This document shows positions 13,801 to 28,800 of a stretch of DNA of 64,000 nt, piece by piece. How positions within the stretch are numbered: position 1 is the stretch's first letter; each line of letters opens with the position of its first letter. Source of the stretch: Macrostomum lignano. Taxonomy: Eukaryota. Location: contig NIVC01001525.1 in NCBI GenBank assembly GCA_002269645.1, positions 1 through 64,000 of the forward strand, read 5' to 3'. The notes under the pieces were generated by a model, which was not told the DNA's origin, made no database searches, and worked only from the letters and a program-made list of their open reading frames with translations. The translations under genes and the position numbers were made by a program.

Positions 13801-16800
13801 TCATTGTTCAATTTCAGGCCATTTTTCGGTTCCCAGTCACTGTGTTCTTTGTCTCCATGCAAGGCGGCACCGACAGAACTGCAATGCTGAAGGACACGTC
13901 AGCCTGGGTTGTGGATGCTGTACTGCACTTTTCAACCGATGGCAGAGGCTACATGAAGCATCCGACAGTGAGTCTCAATTCGCTTTAATATTTTAAATCC
14001 AATTCTTTCATTTTAGCTATTTTACTCTTTTAGACAATAACAGGTCCCAGCGCTCCACAGTACGTGAGCTCCCAAGTGCTGCAGCCCGAGGTTAGCGGCC
14101 TGAACTTTCGCCTCTACATTGGCAACTACAAGAAGCGACCTGAGCTGCGTTGGATGCTGTACGGCTGCACAGATGGTGAGGCTGTCTTTTTAGTTTAGAG
14201 GTAGGGGACGAGCGCATCTTGGCGCACTTTAAGCGACATTGTCACACAACCGACAAGGGTTATTACTACTGCCTATTTTGCCGACTCACCAGAGTAGGCA
14301 CACAATCGCGCGGATATATACGCAGTAATACGCACAGGCACACACTCACGCAGGAGTGTATAGCGACCCTAACATTATTTATTGTTAGACTTGTACAATT
14401 CACTGGGCCTTGGTTGTTCGCCCTTAACAGCACCAGTAGACCTAAGCCAAGATTCCAATTTAGCCCTAAATAACGAGTTATATGACCGCACTTACACTCG
14501 AGCCTGGGCCACTAGCACATCAGAGCGCCACGCTAGACCACTGGGCTACAGCCCCCGCGAGGCGGCCTTTCGTTGTAGAGCACTGTAACAAAATTCATCA
14601 GTACAATAAACTCTTCCCGCAGGTTTGAATCCCCGCATCGGCCGCAGCCGATACCAATTCACTATAGCCAGGCAGTGACGTCATCCGATGCTAGAGCAAA
14701 CTTTCTTTCGGCAGTGGATGGCAACAGAGGTGCAGGTGGCGGATTCTGGGTGAGTTCGGTCCAGCCCAGCTCTCCCGCCTTCATTGGAGTGCTGTTCAGC
14801 TCAAGACGCTTCATCAACTATCTTATAGTGTGGTGCATCAGTTCCGCTACTTCAAAGAGCGCAAGTATGTCGCATTGCTTTGTGAGCAGACTTCATTAAG
14901 AAGCAAAGATTCAGTGTGAAGTAATGACTGTCAACTTGGCTTTTCAGACGATCGCGTGCTCTATCCAGCAACTGTGACCAGCCTGTTCGTCTCGAACTCG
15001 AGTTCCTACTCAGACGGTCGAGTGGTTGACGCCAAGTGGAAGTCATTAATTCCGTTTCCATGGAGGGCTGACGTGAATGAAGTGAGTTGAATTTCTGTTG
15101 GGAGGGCAAGTGCTAGTAATAAGACAAACAAACTTTAACGTTCTCCTCAGCCTGCACTCCATGCCGGAATCGTAGCTCAATGGAATGCAACAGCTTCGTC
15201 ATCTGCGTTTCTGCGAGTATATGAAATTGAAGTTTATGGAAATCCATCAGGTCAGTACTATTGTTTTTATGTTCTAAAAATTCGATGCATTTTTCAAAAA
15301 AAATTATCACTTACCTGAGCAGAGCTTGATCAAGATAAAGCACATGGCAACTATGACGTATCGATTGGTATCGGAAATCAACTGCCTGTCACCTGCGCGT
15401 TTCACGAGGACACGATCGCCTCCAATGGGGACTTCTCCGGCGATGTTTATTCCCTGCCGCTGGACTTTCCTGGAGATGAGAGCTTTCACAGCGCTTTCAT
15501 TCTGAAGACTTCGGGAATTTTTTATCTGCAACTGCCTCAGATTTTCAGCATCACGGGACTCATCATCAGAGGTGCAGCGCTGCGAGCAACTGATCTTCTT
15601 GGCTATGTGACCAGCCTCAGAGTAAAGCACACAGATACCACTGATAAATCTGATTTGAAATCTATCGTCGATCCCCAGAGAGGAACATCAGAGGTGAGTG
15701 GAAAGTGAAAACAAGCTTGTTAAGTACGATTCTTAGTTTTATTGTGAGTTACCGCAACTGACGAACTGAATTTCCTGGCAAAGACGCACTAAATACTATT
15801 TTAGCTCCTCGTACCCGGACCAGAAGATGAGGTCCAACCAATGCGAAGATATTTTCCCAACCCGGTCCGAGCGAGACTGATGTCTCTGCAGGCTGTGAGA
15901 TTCGAGAAGCGCCCGATGCTGAAACTGGACTTGATTGGATATCCTGACGATCCGGGTAGGTCACAAAAAAGATACTTTACTTTTATTTAAAGTAGAATGT
16001 AAACTTTTCCACCGACGTTCTTCCTTCTTAGCGTGCGAGAACCTCACCCAGAATCAGCACTACATCGCATCGTCTCTGAACTCCTCAATGCTAAACTTCG
16101 AGTTTTTGTCCGACTACCACATCAACTTTATTTACATCAATGCGAATTGGCCAGTGCAGTTTTACATCTCAGGCGAAGAACTGGTTGGCGAAAAATTCAC
16201 TGTGAATGTCAGCGAAGTCACCTGGGTGGTAAGAGAACTACGATGTTTTCTATTTATTCTGAAATATTTGTGATGGATCATCTAATATATTTCTTTAATA
16301 ATCGCAGTTTGAGACCCACAGGGCGCAAGAAAAACTAGTCATGCCTCACCTGCACCACTTTCGTTGGATGAAACTTCATGTGATTAACGGGAGCTTGGCT
16401 CCCAGCCAGGTGACTCTGAGCGGAGTCGCCGTGTCTTGGTGTCCTGTGAACTTCATTCCTCACGCTGGGATCTGCTTTCACTTGTCCAATGTGAAGGCTT
16501 TGTGGGAGTCCGCGCTTCGAATGTGCCAAAGGTTCCACTGGGCTGGTCAGCAGGGCACACTGCTGATGGTGAAGGACCAAACGCTGCTTAACTTTCTTAA
16601 TATCTGGTGCGTTAATCGTTACAAAAATGCCAATCAATTTTTTGCTTCCTATCACCATTTTATCATCACCAACTTGTTTCTCTATGCTGCAAATGCAGGC
16701 CACCATCAACAGTTCTCCATGTCGGTGCGCAGCGCAACCTCACAACAGATGCCTGGGAATGGCTGGACGGCTCCAGCATCCACCCCGGCGATTGGAGATT

Positions 16801-19800
16801 CGGTCAGGCAGCTCAGTTCGCGGTAGGCTGGGACACCGAGAATGGGGCTCTGATTGGAACAAAGCCTAATGAGAAGCTCATGTTTGCATGCCAAGTTGGC
16901 CAGGTGCCAAGTGAGTCGCTGTTTCGGAAAAATTTGTTGAAAAATGCTCCAGAGTTTTTCATACTAAATTTAAATATCCATGATTTACAGAGCTTGGAGT
17001 GAACAAAGTGGCGCTCCTGTCACACACTGCCATCAGCGATGACAATGTTGTTAAAGAACGAGTTGGCGCCACCTCAAGTCGTCAGCAAAAGCTCAGTCTA
17101 TTGATGGAGTTTCTCCGTGACGACAGACTGGGCCGGATTGGCAGCAGCGTCCTGAGTGTGGGCTCTATGCTGTACGTTCGAACAGCTGGACCAGACCTCA
17201 TGCCATCCTCGGCCATTTGGTCCAACTACCGCCGAATCAGCTTTGCCAGGGTGCAGAGCAGTAAGTAGTTAAGGGTCCGATTTTATAATTACTGTAAGCA
17301 ATACAGCAGGCTGTAGAATACTCAATATCTATATTTTAGGATGCTGGCAACCTCTTTTAAGAGGAATAGCGGGTCTCATCAATGTTAGCATCACGATGTA
17401 TCCATTTCACGCATCATACTTTACACCGGAGTCTGCCATCATTGGAAATGATGCTATCATGCCAGGTAAAAGATATCCTAACAATTTTTAGCATAGCTGC
17501 AGCATTAAATTTATTACTGAAGCTTATCATTTCAGACAACTGCATTCTCGGCCTCAACGATGGCCACAGTAGGGTGTACAGCATCAACGCTACTGTCTCT
17601 GGTGAAGCCTGCATTCCATGGAAAACTGGCATTGGATATGGATCTCTTGATCTTGGGAACCAGTGCATCAGCTTTCGTAGTAAGATGTTAGGTTTTTAGG
17701 GAAGTCAGAAAACATTTTTTCAAGTTTTTGCTTCTGTTATATTTCAGCTCGAGTGCCCAGCTGTCAGATCAGCAGACCAATCCTGAAGCAATGCATTGCA
17801 AGCAATTGCCGTAAGTTACTAGCTGGGTAACTGGAGACAAAATTTATAATACATGTAAATATATTATTATATAAACAACAGACTGCATATTAACATTTTA
17901 GTGCATCACTATCGACCTTGGGAGGGAATTTTCAAGTCGCACAACTTAGCGATCGGTCGCCCGATCTACTTTAACGGACAGAAGCTGGCTACAAGGATTC
18001 AGACTGAAGGTCAAATCAGCTTTGAATTGTCGACCAGCATTGCGCCTTTAAGCAACCTGCATCATTTGATGGTTGACTTGCAGCTGCTGCACACAATTGC
18101 TGGCGTTGAAGCCAAAGGAGGTAAATAAAGCTAAGTTGTAGCCTATAGTGTTTAGAGCGTCGGACTCACGACCGGAAGGTCGGAGCTTCGATTCTCGACC
18201 AATTATGAACAATTGGGGTGTCCTTGAGCAAGACACTTAATTCTGCTTTGCTCTGTTCACCCAGCTGTAAAATCGGTCCCAGCATTAGCTGGGGTATTTA
18301 AGGGTGGGTGTTCCGACCCCCAGTCTTAGAACAGCCGTACGCAGCCTTAAGATGCGTCGCGCAATAGCTGCGGCTGAGCTGTCGGTTGCAAATCCGCCCA
18401 ATATGACAGGTGCAATAATATTTTATACATAATGTTAGCTAGACTATATATCACTCGCAACTTGTACGAAAACTCCAGACACCAATCAATGCGGAATTCG
18501 GTTGCGCGTTGGAAGCCAGTGGGAAGCCACAGCAGTCGGAGCAGCTTGGATTCAGCACTGGCCCACCTGCGGAGCTATTGAAACGCCCCTAATCAACCAG
18601 AAGGTCTACATCCTGCCGTGCGAGCGGCGCTACAATCTGGGAAGATTTGTGGCGCTGACCCGCAGAGCAGAGACAGGCATGATGCGGTTTTCTGAGTTGC
18701 AGGTGTATGGAGAAGAGTGTGAGTGTCTTCAGAAATAGATAACAGTAATGCTTGCAGTTTTATGTAGTGTAGCGAGTATCTCCTGTGACGGAGCGTTCAA
18801 ACCACTAATTCTCAATGCCGTGATCATATTGCAGATTACCAAACGAACTATCGGGTGACAAAACGTCCTTACTGGGTTCCAATCGTTAACCACAACCATG
18901 ACTGGTCAAGAGCAAGTTTCTATGTGAGACTGCAAAGCGACATCATCAAAATATGGCTCACTAACAAGTTCGGATACGCCGAGGCAGTTGAGAATGTATG
19001 GGAAACGACACTGAGTTTACATGAGTATGAGTGTTTTTTGTTCTGACAAGTTGACAAAACAAATTTGACATTTAACAATCTTGGTGACTTTCCCACAGCC
19101 GAGGTACTCACTGACCCTCAGTGGCAACGGCTCACACATGTCACTCTCCCACTGCTCTGTCGCGCTCTCTGACGGTTCGCACTCGGAGCTGTCACTGCAG
19201 GAAGCGGTGCCTCTGCCTGCAGACACCAGCCAGTTCGTCAGCGTGAGCGCAGTCTGGCGCCGAGTCGGAAACCGCACGGTGATTCGGGTTGAATCGATGG
19301 CTGCCAGTCTGGGCTGGTGCGAAGACTCAATCTACTTACTGCCGGTCAATCGAGTCGGATACTCAAGTATGCGCGAGATCCCATCAGCGAATCTGGTTGA
19401 CAGCCCAGAAGTCCGACTGGATGAGAGAAGCTTCAAAAGTCTCGCTGCCGTGAGAACTGGACTCGAGACTAGCAAGAGCGGCAGAGAAGACCGAGTTTTC
19501 TATCAGGTAACTGCTGTTGGGGGTCAGGAAATTCACGAACTAGATGCAAAAAGCAGACTGAATGGTCTATCTTGTCTCCAATATTAGGCAATTCTAAGTC
19601 GTCCAGCTCGCCTCGAGTTCCTCTCCATCTCCGGAGGCCTCGAGAGAAACTCAGCCAGTAGAGGTTGGGAATCCATGCTAACGGAATTCATGGTAGCACT
19701 AAGTGAGGAGGGGAGATACTGGCAGTTCCATCGTAACCGATGGGTGAGTTCCTCGCTGCTGTTTCCTGCTAGAAATCCATCGGTTGAAGTATTTACGCCT

Positions 19801-22800
19801 ATGCCCCATTACAGACATTTAAGGGAGTAGCAGCCCCAAGGCAGGTTGCCAGCTATCTGTTCGTGCCGGCTCAAGTTGCTCAGGGATTTCGACTGTATCG
19901 GATAAGTTTTGAAAGAAGTCCAGAGTTTCGGCTAGAGCTTTTTGGCTGCGTCTTGTCTGCAGGTGAGTTGCACTGCATTGCTTTTCTGTGAGGAGACAAC
20001 CAACGAGCATTTGAAATTAACCATTTTCACGTACACACACCCCCACAATACAGACTGGACTTCATCTCAGCCAATTCTGCTGTCTCAGCGACAAGCGGTT
20101 TCATCGAGCAGCTCCCTAACAGACCCTACATTAGCAACAGACGGAGACTACACTAACGATGAGGATGGCAGGCGCTGCTACAAATCGCCAGACACTCTCG
20201 GCGCCGATCAGCCATTCCACTGGTGGCAAGTGAGCCTCGGTGACGTGTTCGATATTCGGAGAATATTCATTGTGGACATGCTGGAGAGCAGAGGTAACGA
20301 TTAATCTTTACCTCTAACCCAAATTTTAACTATCAATGAACCATAACAAACAAAAATATATTTTTAACATTCTACAGCGCTTGTCCTAGCAGAGAGAGAA
20401 GACCTGCTATTTGCTCAGGTTTTTGTAAGCAACGGCAGCAATTCATCGACTCAAGTCATCGAAACTTGGACCAGCGACTTCATGACGAATCACACTTGGC
20501 TGATTGAAACCTCCGTAGTAAGTTTCACTGCCTGTTAATTTTTTTCAAACTTCTAGAGTTTAAAATTCAAATGCTCAAAAAATAATTTAAACTATAGCTC
20601 GCCTCGACTGCTGGAATCAGGAAGAACACTTCGATGGGTCGCCTTGCGCTGTGCGAATTCGAAGTTTATGGATTTCCAGTTATGGGTGCGTTTCGTAGAA
20701 AAAATTGATGTCAAAAAGAATGTCATTTCATGTTACTTTAATGATGTCAGTCTACGCTCGTAGATTACTAGCAAAGTTCAAAGCGTAGCGGTGAATTTTT
20801 ATTCTTTGAAACTACTCGGCAACAAAATACGCTCATATCAAGTCTTGAAATGAGAGAGGGTGTTCCTTAAGGTTCAAGGGAGGTCCAAGGCATTTTAGCT
20901 GCTGGTAGGGTGCCTGCAGCGTCAGTAGCAACACCTCCTGCTCAGATTTTTGGGCAGAGGAACTCGATGCAGATGATGCAGTCTGCCAGCTAGAGCTGCC
21001 AACGGCGCCACAGGTGCCTTAGACAGATCTGGCCAGCGCGACTCAATACTGATACCCTCTGGGAGTTTAACAGACATTGTTGTTTCGTTAAATATTTAAA
21101 TAACCACGCTCGTTCACTGAAATGCATTCACCATAGATAATCAGGAGTACCAAGAGCCATTAATGCATCCAAGGTATCTAGCAACACGGGATAGATCTGT
21201 CAAAACACCAATTCTTCTATGGTATACATGACGTGATAATTTTCAGATGGAAATCATTGGGTTGCGTCATCGCTGGAGCTGGAGAACGCGGCAGTTTCAG
21301 TTAACCAGCTCACCGTTGACCAAAGCCCACATTGCGCCATGTCTTCTCTGTGTGTGGCGCCTTTCATGGCGGTGCTCAAAAGGCCTCCAGTCCCTGGACT
21401 TCCCCCAGCTGCTCAACTCGATATATCAGGTAATTTACTTCAAGTAGTCATGTTGGTTTACTAACTTGACCAGATTGCAGCATATTTTATTCGATGCTTC
21501 TAGGCAGCTACTGGCTAGAGGTGTGGCTCGATGTGGCTCACGCAGTGACCGGGCTGGTGATGCAGGGCTCGGGAGTGTTGGACTCCGGCGTTGGTAGCAA
21601 CGCCTACGTTAGCGCTCTGAAGCTGGCCTACTCTCGGAGCAGACCTGCTGACTTTGTCAACTGCTCACAATTTTCTGATGGAGTTTTGAAAGATGTAAGC
21701 TATCGTACCGGTATATTTGCTGAATTCAGCTGTTTGTGTTTAGGATTCTCTTCATAACTGAATGAATTTTAGACTGAGCTCAGCAACAGCTTCAATGAAG
21801 AGTTTCCGCAGAGAATTTTTCTCAAGAGGCCGTTTGTTGCTGTCGCCGTTCGCCTCGTGCCAGTCCGCGCCTTCAGTACCGCCTCGCTTCGATTCGAGCT
21901 GCTCGGGTACCCACAAGGTAGGCTAATTATTTGGTGAATCTGGCTACCACACCCAATAGATCGTATAGTTCTCAGTTCAGCTAACTGCAATCAGTCACTC
22001 ATTGCAACTCAGACTGCGGACCAATAAACTCAACTTCGCTGCAATTGAGCTACCAAAACGAATCGGTCGTTCACATAAAACTGAATTATCCACACTTGTT
22101 GACGGCCGCTGGATTTCATTCTAGCCAAGCAAATTTCTCAGTCACATTTCGAAGCCTAAGCACTGGAGAAATTGAGTCTTTAACTGTTCACGGAAGAAGA
22201 GTGGTAAGTTGTGTTCCATCCATTCTAAACAAGCTCCATTCATAATATTGGAATCTTGATGTTTTTGCACAGGTGATGGACTCGAGCACGAATGTGCTTC
22301 CAAGGCTTGTTCGTACTAACGAATTGTGGCTTCACTTGCTTAGCAACGTTACAAAACTTTTTGAAAAGATCATTGAAATAAGAGGCTGCATCATGCCAGG
22401 TAATTTGAAAGTTTGTTTCAAATCAATTTACCGCAGAATTGCTCTACAAGATGGCACAATGAAACCGTTGCAGAATGTCCAATCGGAACATTTCGGCATG
22501 GTACGAAGTGCTACTGGGGACCATTTTCTACTAACAGTAGCATATTCGCGCACACATTGGCTTCACGATCGGTTGCCAGGTCAATTTGCGAGTCTCTGAA
22601 CTGGAATGGCACAGGACACTTGGCATCTATGAGGACAGATTTGGAGAGGACCGTGCTGATGGCAGTAGTGCAGCAGCTAAACATCACTTAGTGAGTTTTT
22701 TAATTTGGTGGCCGTCTATACATTCCATTGAAGATTCAGCATTGTTTATAATAAAACCAACTGAATACAGTTCCTCCAGAGGTCTCATTCACATCGACGG

Positions 22801-25800
22801 GCAGTTCAGTACCAACCAAAGTCGATACGAGTGGTGGGACGGCAGCCCAGTCCTGTGGAACAACTGGGAGAAACAAGAGTTCAGGAACTCCTGTTTGACA
22901 CTTAACTTACGTGGCAAATGGACGGACGTGGACTGCGACCTGGAGAATGAGACCCACCCGTTTCTGTGCGAGGTTGGAGCAGTCGACCTGTCTGGTAAGC
23001 TTTGAAGTGCAACCTAATTCGCTCTGATATCAAAGACAGCGAAGCTTTGAATTTTGTGTATTTTTCTGCCTTTATCTGCACTCATAGCACTTAAAGCGAT
23101 TTTAAGTTCCTAGGCCTTTTTATATTGTATTTTTTTATTTCTGCGATAGTGCTCTGATGGTGCAGTTAGTTGAACTCCGTCTGGGAAAACATTGAGGCTC
23201 TGAAAAGGAACAGCAGGCTTTTGTCTGAAAAGCGGCATTCAGCTTAGTGGAGGAACTAATGAAGCCCAAAGATGTTTTAAAAGCCGAGGTGAATGTTAAT
23301 GCTATTAAGGCGGCTTTGATAAAGCACTTCAAACCAAGGAAATCTCGAGAGGCATGTGTTCCAGATGCGGAAGCGATTGTGGACTTCGTTGGCAGATTGA
23401 AACGACAGGCCAACAAATGTACATTCGGTGATTTACGTGATGAGCTGACACTTTCTCAGTACATATTTGGGCTGAAGGACCTTAAACTGAACCAAAAGTT
23501 GCTTTCAAGAGATCTCTTTTCACTAAAAAAATTCTGATTGCACGTTTAGAGAAGCGCAATATCACAAGTGCGACAAGGTTAGGCATTTGGTAACGGTATG
23601 CCGCACGCGGGCGGTAAACACACTTCACTCCATACCGACTCCTGAAAATACGGCAGACAATAATGCAACGGAGAGTCAGCTAAGAATTATTCACACGCGA
23701 TGGAGGATAAAGACGACCGACAATCAGATCAATGGTTTTTAAACTGCCGCGTAGGAGAAGCTGAAGTATCACTGCTTTTAGATACCGGAAGCCAAGTGAT
23801 TTTCAAGTCAGAGTGGCCGAAAAATCAGGTCTCTTAGCGCAACAAATTAACAAGACTCCACGCTCGTACGAGCTATGTTGGCCGCGGTTAGCGCTGTAAT
23901 TTACGGAGCGACGATTAAAATAATTGGGGGGGGGATTGCAATAGGAACTATCTACGTCGGGCAAGATTCAACATCCATTTTAGGGATGAATTTCATTTCA
24001 CTCCTGAACCTTGTTCATTTGAGCTCGGTCGAATCCCCAGTACTCAATCGTCGCCCAGTTATTCGAGATGAAAATTAAAGTTTAGTGGCAAGCTTTCGAC
24101 TGCGTTATGGAGTAAGTATGGATGGCATGAGATTCCCTGCTAGGTCGCTGCCATTTTTAATGAAAGCTATGGTTGAAACCAAACTGAGAAGAATTTTAGC
24201 TGATGGAATCATTTCCCCAACTATTTTGGTCGAAGCCGGTAAAAGCCGAAGGGTCGGCTGGACTAATACGCTTGTTACGTTAAATAAAATAATCGATGCA
24301 GACAAATACAGATTTCCCAAGTGGGAGGAAATACGAGGGGTGTCCCAAAAGTCCGTGCACTTTCTTCATTCCAGCCGTTTTCAAGCAATCTGAAATATTC
24401 TGACTATGGCAATTAAAAAGATAATTATCTGCCCGTGAAAATGACTTTTAATTTATTTGTTTATATGTAGGCATTCTCAAGTTATTCAAACTTTTCTGCC
24501 CCACTCCATGTGCTACTTCTACAAACTGGCACCTACAGCAGTACACATGATGCGCTACAACGAAACGTCCATAACAGAAACAGAAGAACAATCAAAAGTT
24601 AGTCCTCAACATTGTCTTGAGGCTTCTCTACGTAGTCGCCACCACGCTGCGCACACTTACGCCATCGGGTGTGCATGTCGTCAATGGCATCAGCAAAGAC
24701 TGAGCGGGGCATCTCATGAAAGAGAACTTGGCGAGTCAGAGCCTCGAGATCCCCACAAAAAGCAAAAATTCGTCCTCGCAGCAGCTTATTCATCTTTGGA
24801 AAGATGGCGAAGTCCGCTGGTGACAAATCCGGAGAGTAGGGTGGGTGTGGGAGAAGCTCGAAGTTGGCCCGCTCAATCATCTCCACTGTCTTCCTAGCCG
24901 TGTGGGGACGGGCATTGTCATGGTGGCTTCTCACCTGACCGACGCTTGTTCTGAATATCCGCCTAGAGTTTCTGTACTGTGGCGCAATAGCGGTCAGCAT
25001 TTATCGTCTGCCCTTCTTCCAAGAACTCGAGTGTGAGTGGGCCAGAACGATCAAAGAAAATCGTCATCATGATTTTCTTGGAGTGCTTGTCGCGGTGAGC
25101 CTTGACAGGGGGCTGGGATCCCTTTCTCGCTTAAACACGGCTCGTGTTTCTGCAAATACCTCTGTCAAATGAAAGCCAAGAACTTACCTGCATATCAACA
25201 CATCTTGGACACTTTGCAATAAAGAATCTGCAGCTCGGCATCTCCGGAGCGCTCATTTTTCAAGAGATTATCGACGAAATTCTTCGAGATGTCCCATACA
25301 CGGCATCGTATCAGGATGATAAACTCATCGGCACGCCAGAGAAAAGCATCGAGGGACATATGCACATTTATTCTTAATCAAGTGAAAAGCGTCTTTCAGA
25401 CTTTGGATTCCGAATAAATCAGAGAAATTCTCAGGAATGTGTGTGGCAAGTTAAATTTATCGGGTATATCTTGAGAGATGAGAAATTGCTACTCGATCCC
25501 GTGCGAATCGAGTTTGGAAGAGTTTTCCTCTGCCAGAGGACAATGATCAGTTGCATAGTTCGTTGTGCACATTTCGTCACCACGGCATCTTCTGCAAGAA
25601 TTTTTCCGTGATAGCACGTCCTTTATACTCGATGTTGAAGAACGGAGTTCATTGGCATTGGACTACATAACACAGAATCTTTCCATAAACTCAAGTCGAT
25701 CATTGCCGAAGAGGCCATAACGGCATATGACGTGAATAAGCCTCTGTATCTGATATGCGACGCCTCAAAGGATGGGTTAGGTTACGTGCTGTCTCACGAC

Positions 25801-28800
25801 ATTGGACAACGGCAGGTTCTTTGGCTAGCAAGCCGTGTGTTGTCACCCACCCAGGCCAACTATGCCAACATAGAAAGAGAGGCTTTAGCAATTCTAGAGG
25901 GAGTCAAGTACTTCCACCATCGTTTCTGACCACCGACCTCTGCAGTTCATTTTTAAGAAGGAGAAAATGCCAGAAATGGTATTCGCCTGATTGCAGCGTT
26001 GGGCCATAGTTCTGCGAGCGTGTGATTACTCCACTCAGAATGGAATCATTTTAAAGGTCTTCGCATAGTACCACTTTCCAGTTTAAGGATCGAGATTCTA
26101 AAGATGTTGCATAAAACTCATTCAGGAATTGTGCGAATGCTTCGGTTAGCCAGGCAGTATTTTCGGTGGCCAGAAATCGATGAGCAGATCAACGCATTTG
26201 TACAACGCTGTGTTCAGTACCAGCTTCATGCTAGTTTCTCAAATCTCACAAATGCCAATCTTTGATCGGAGTCTGAGTCTAAGAGCTACTTTGAGAGATT
26301 TCGACTACTAAGTTCCTCCAGATAGTAGACTCGTTTTCAAAGTGGATCGATATGCAGCGCATAGACAACAGGAAAGCGTTGACGAGAATAGCCGCATGCC
26401 GGCACACGTTCAAGTACACCGGTCTGCCCAAGAGTTGGGTCACAAACAATGGAGGTTCGTTCATTGTCGATGATTTTACTAAATTTCTGAAGGGGGGCTT
26501 TTTGGAACATTTGTGCACGCCTCCTGGCCATCATCAGTCGAACAGGCAGGTGGAGCGAGTCATAGAAGAGCTGAATTTTTATCTGCGGAAAGTGAATGCA
26601 GGAACGGATATTGTTTCGCTCAAACAGCATATTGTAGCGTTATGTCTTTACCAGAACACCACGCCGCATTGCAATGGTTCCGTACCGGCTCTGATGGTTT
26701 TTTAACAGTTGCCGACAGCTCATCTATCCACTGCTTGCACTGAGAGTATGTCTTTGCTGCCGGAGTCGAGGCCAGTGTTTATCAGAGTGGAGCACAAGCC
26801 AAACCACGTTCCAAGTGAGTTAAGGACATCAGTTGAGTCGAAAAATTGAGTTGCTGAACACAGGCTAGTGCACCAGTCTGACGTTAAAAGAAGTTCTGAG
26901 GAATCATCTACTGAGGTCGCACCTACGAGTAATCAAGACACCATTAAGGATGTTGCTACTGAAGTATAAAGTTCTGATGCATCCAATTTCAGTGCGCCGA
27001 GCAGAAGCGCACGAGTTCGTCGACCTCCTTGATATAAATCCCCTCTTTGATATAAATCCGGACATTGTGGGTTCAGACAGCGGTGGGGTGTCGTGTATTT
27101 ACGAGCCGTACTATAAGCCTTTTTCTTTGCACTTATATTACCCAAAGCTGTTTTAATTTCCTAGGGATTTTTTAATTGTCTTCGACTTCATGATTTTGCT
27201 GCGTACAGTGATCGCAGCTCCGCTGAGTTCTATTTTATAAGCCATTTGAGTTTCATTATGAAATATAAAAAGCGCGCGTCTGCACGGCAGCTCAAATACC
27301 ACATTTTCTACCAACAAAACATTGATTAGTTAGCGAAAATGCATAATTGGCCTCCGGGTTTCGACCTCGATAAGGCGCAATTCTAACCCATAAAGTAAAT
27401 TAGCTCGCACGAGCCTGATTGCGAAAATAAAAGATCACTGTACACCCCATGAGAGTGTAACTCGGACGTGAAAATTCTTCAGCTGGTCAACGCTCAAGAG
27501 TCAGCGAAATAGACGCAACTACGTGCATGTAACACACTTGTTGCCGTTTGAACTGCTCTTCAGGTGCCGGAATCTGCACAAAGAAAATCAATACTCGGCC
27601 AGTGCCTGTTGATACGTTAACCGGTCTGAAAAGCTTCCAAAAGGACCAGTCTCATATGATGGCCTTGGCCCAGTGTCAAGAGAATCGAACCAAGGACTGC
27701 ACCACAGTTGCAGGTCTCGATCCTGCAGTTCTGTCTTCGACAACGGCTGGTCTTCGGAATTCAACAGCACCGACAAGACTGGTACTGCAGTGGCTCTGTT
27801 ATGGTGAGTCACTGCTTATTTACTAATTTCATTGTGATAAAATTGCCGATAAAGAACTCAGCGTTTAAAAACGCTTCAGACTCCGGATGCGACACAGCGC
27901 TGACGCCAGGCATCGAAGGTCAGCTCGGTGCAGCCCGGTGGAGATCCAAGTCCTGGTCTCATGATCAGGAACCGTACAAGGCCTCTTTTGCTGTTTGTGA
28001 GTGTTGAGCTGATTTGAACTGTTCAAAAAACTAAAATATGGTAAATACGTCATTAGTTTTCGTTTTAACAGCGCCTGGCATCAACGGAACCGGATTTTTT
28101 CGATCACGAAGCCCCGACACAACCGAATGGTTGATGGTCTCTTTCGAAAAACTTGTGATTGTTCAACAAGTGCTGCTAACTGGGTCTCCATGCAATGCTG
28201 GAGAGCGGGAGGCTGTGCTTAAATATCTTTTTTTCAACTCTACAAACGGACTGCAGTGGAACTTCTTTAACGCAGTACGTTTTGGACTTGAATTTTAGCA
28301 GTCAGAGCAGTCAGGTAAATTTTAGAAGCTTTTGTAATTGCAGACTCTTTTCGGACAACTCAACTATCCAGACCAGTGCGACACCGTTGCGACGGAAACT
28401 TTAACGCCGTCGCTGATAGGTATTCACTTCCGGCTCTACGGAATCGAGAACCGAGGCCGTCTTGCGGGAAAGCTTGAGCTCATTGGCTGCCTAGCAACAG
28501 GTGACGCAATTCTGGAGTGGCCAATTCTCGAGTTCTTGCCGCATCAGGTGACATCAGTCGGTCGCGGCGATTCAACCGAGGCGGGCTCAGAAAGCTTATT
28601 GACTCCCTGGCTGCAGATAGGCCGGCGTCACGTGACTTCCTATCCGGCGTCTGGACAGGCGTTCTGGGCGCCAGTGAGAAGTCGAGTGACGGTGAGCTTT
28701 GCGCTGCTCCATAAGCTATATGCCGTCTCTACTCGCGGCAATGGTTCCAGCTACGTGACTGACTTCAGCGTCTCCAGCAGCACCTCGGATATAAGCCCAA

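Noticed and set aside
10375-13967. Discoidin domain split by inserted kringle/WSC domains
   Set aside because: The downstream F-lectin and F5/8C domains each have their own N-termini, so nesting is not needed.
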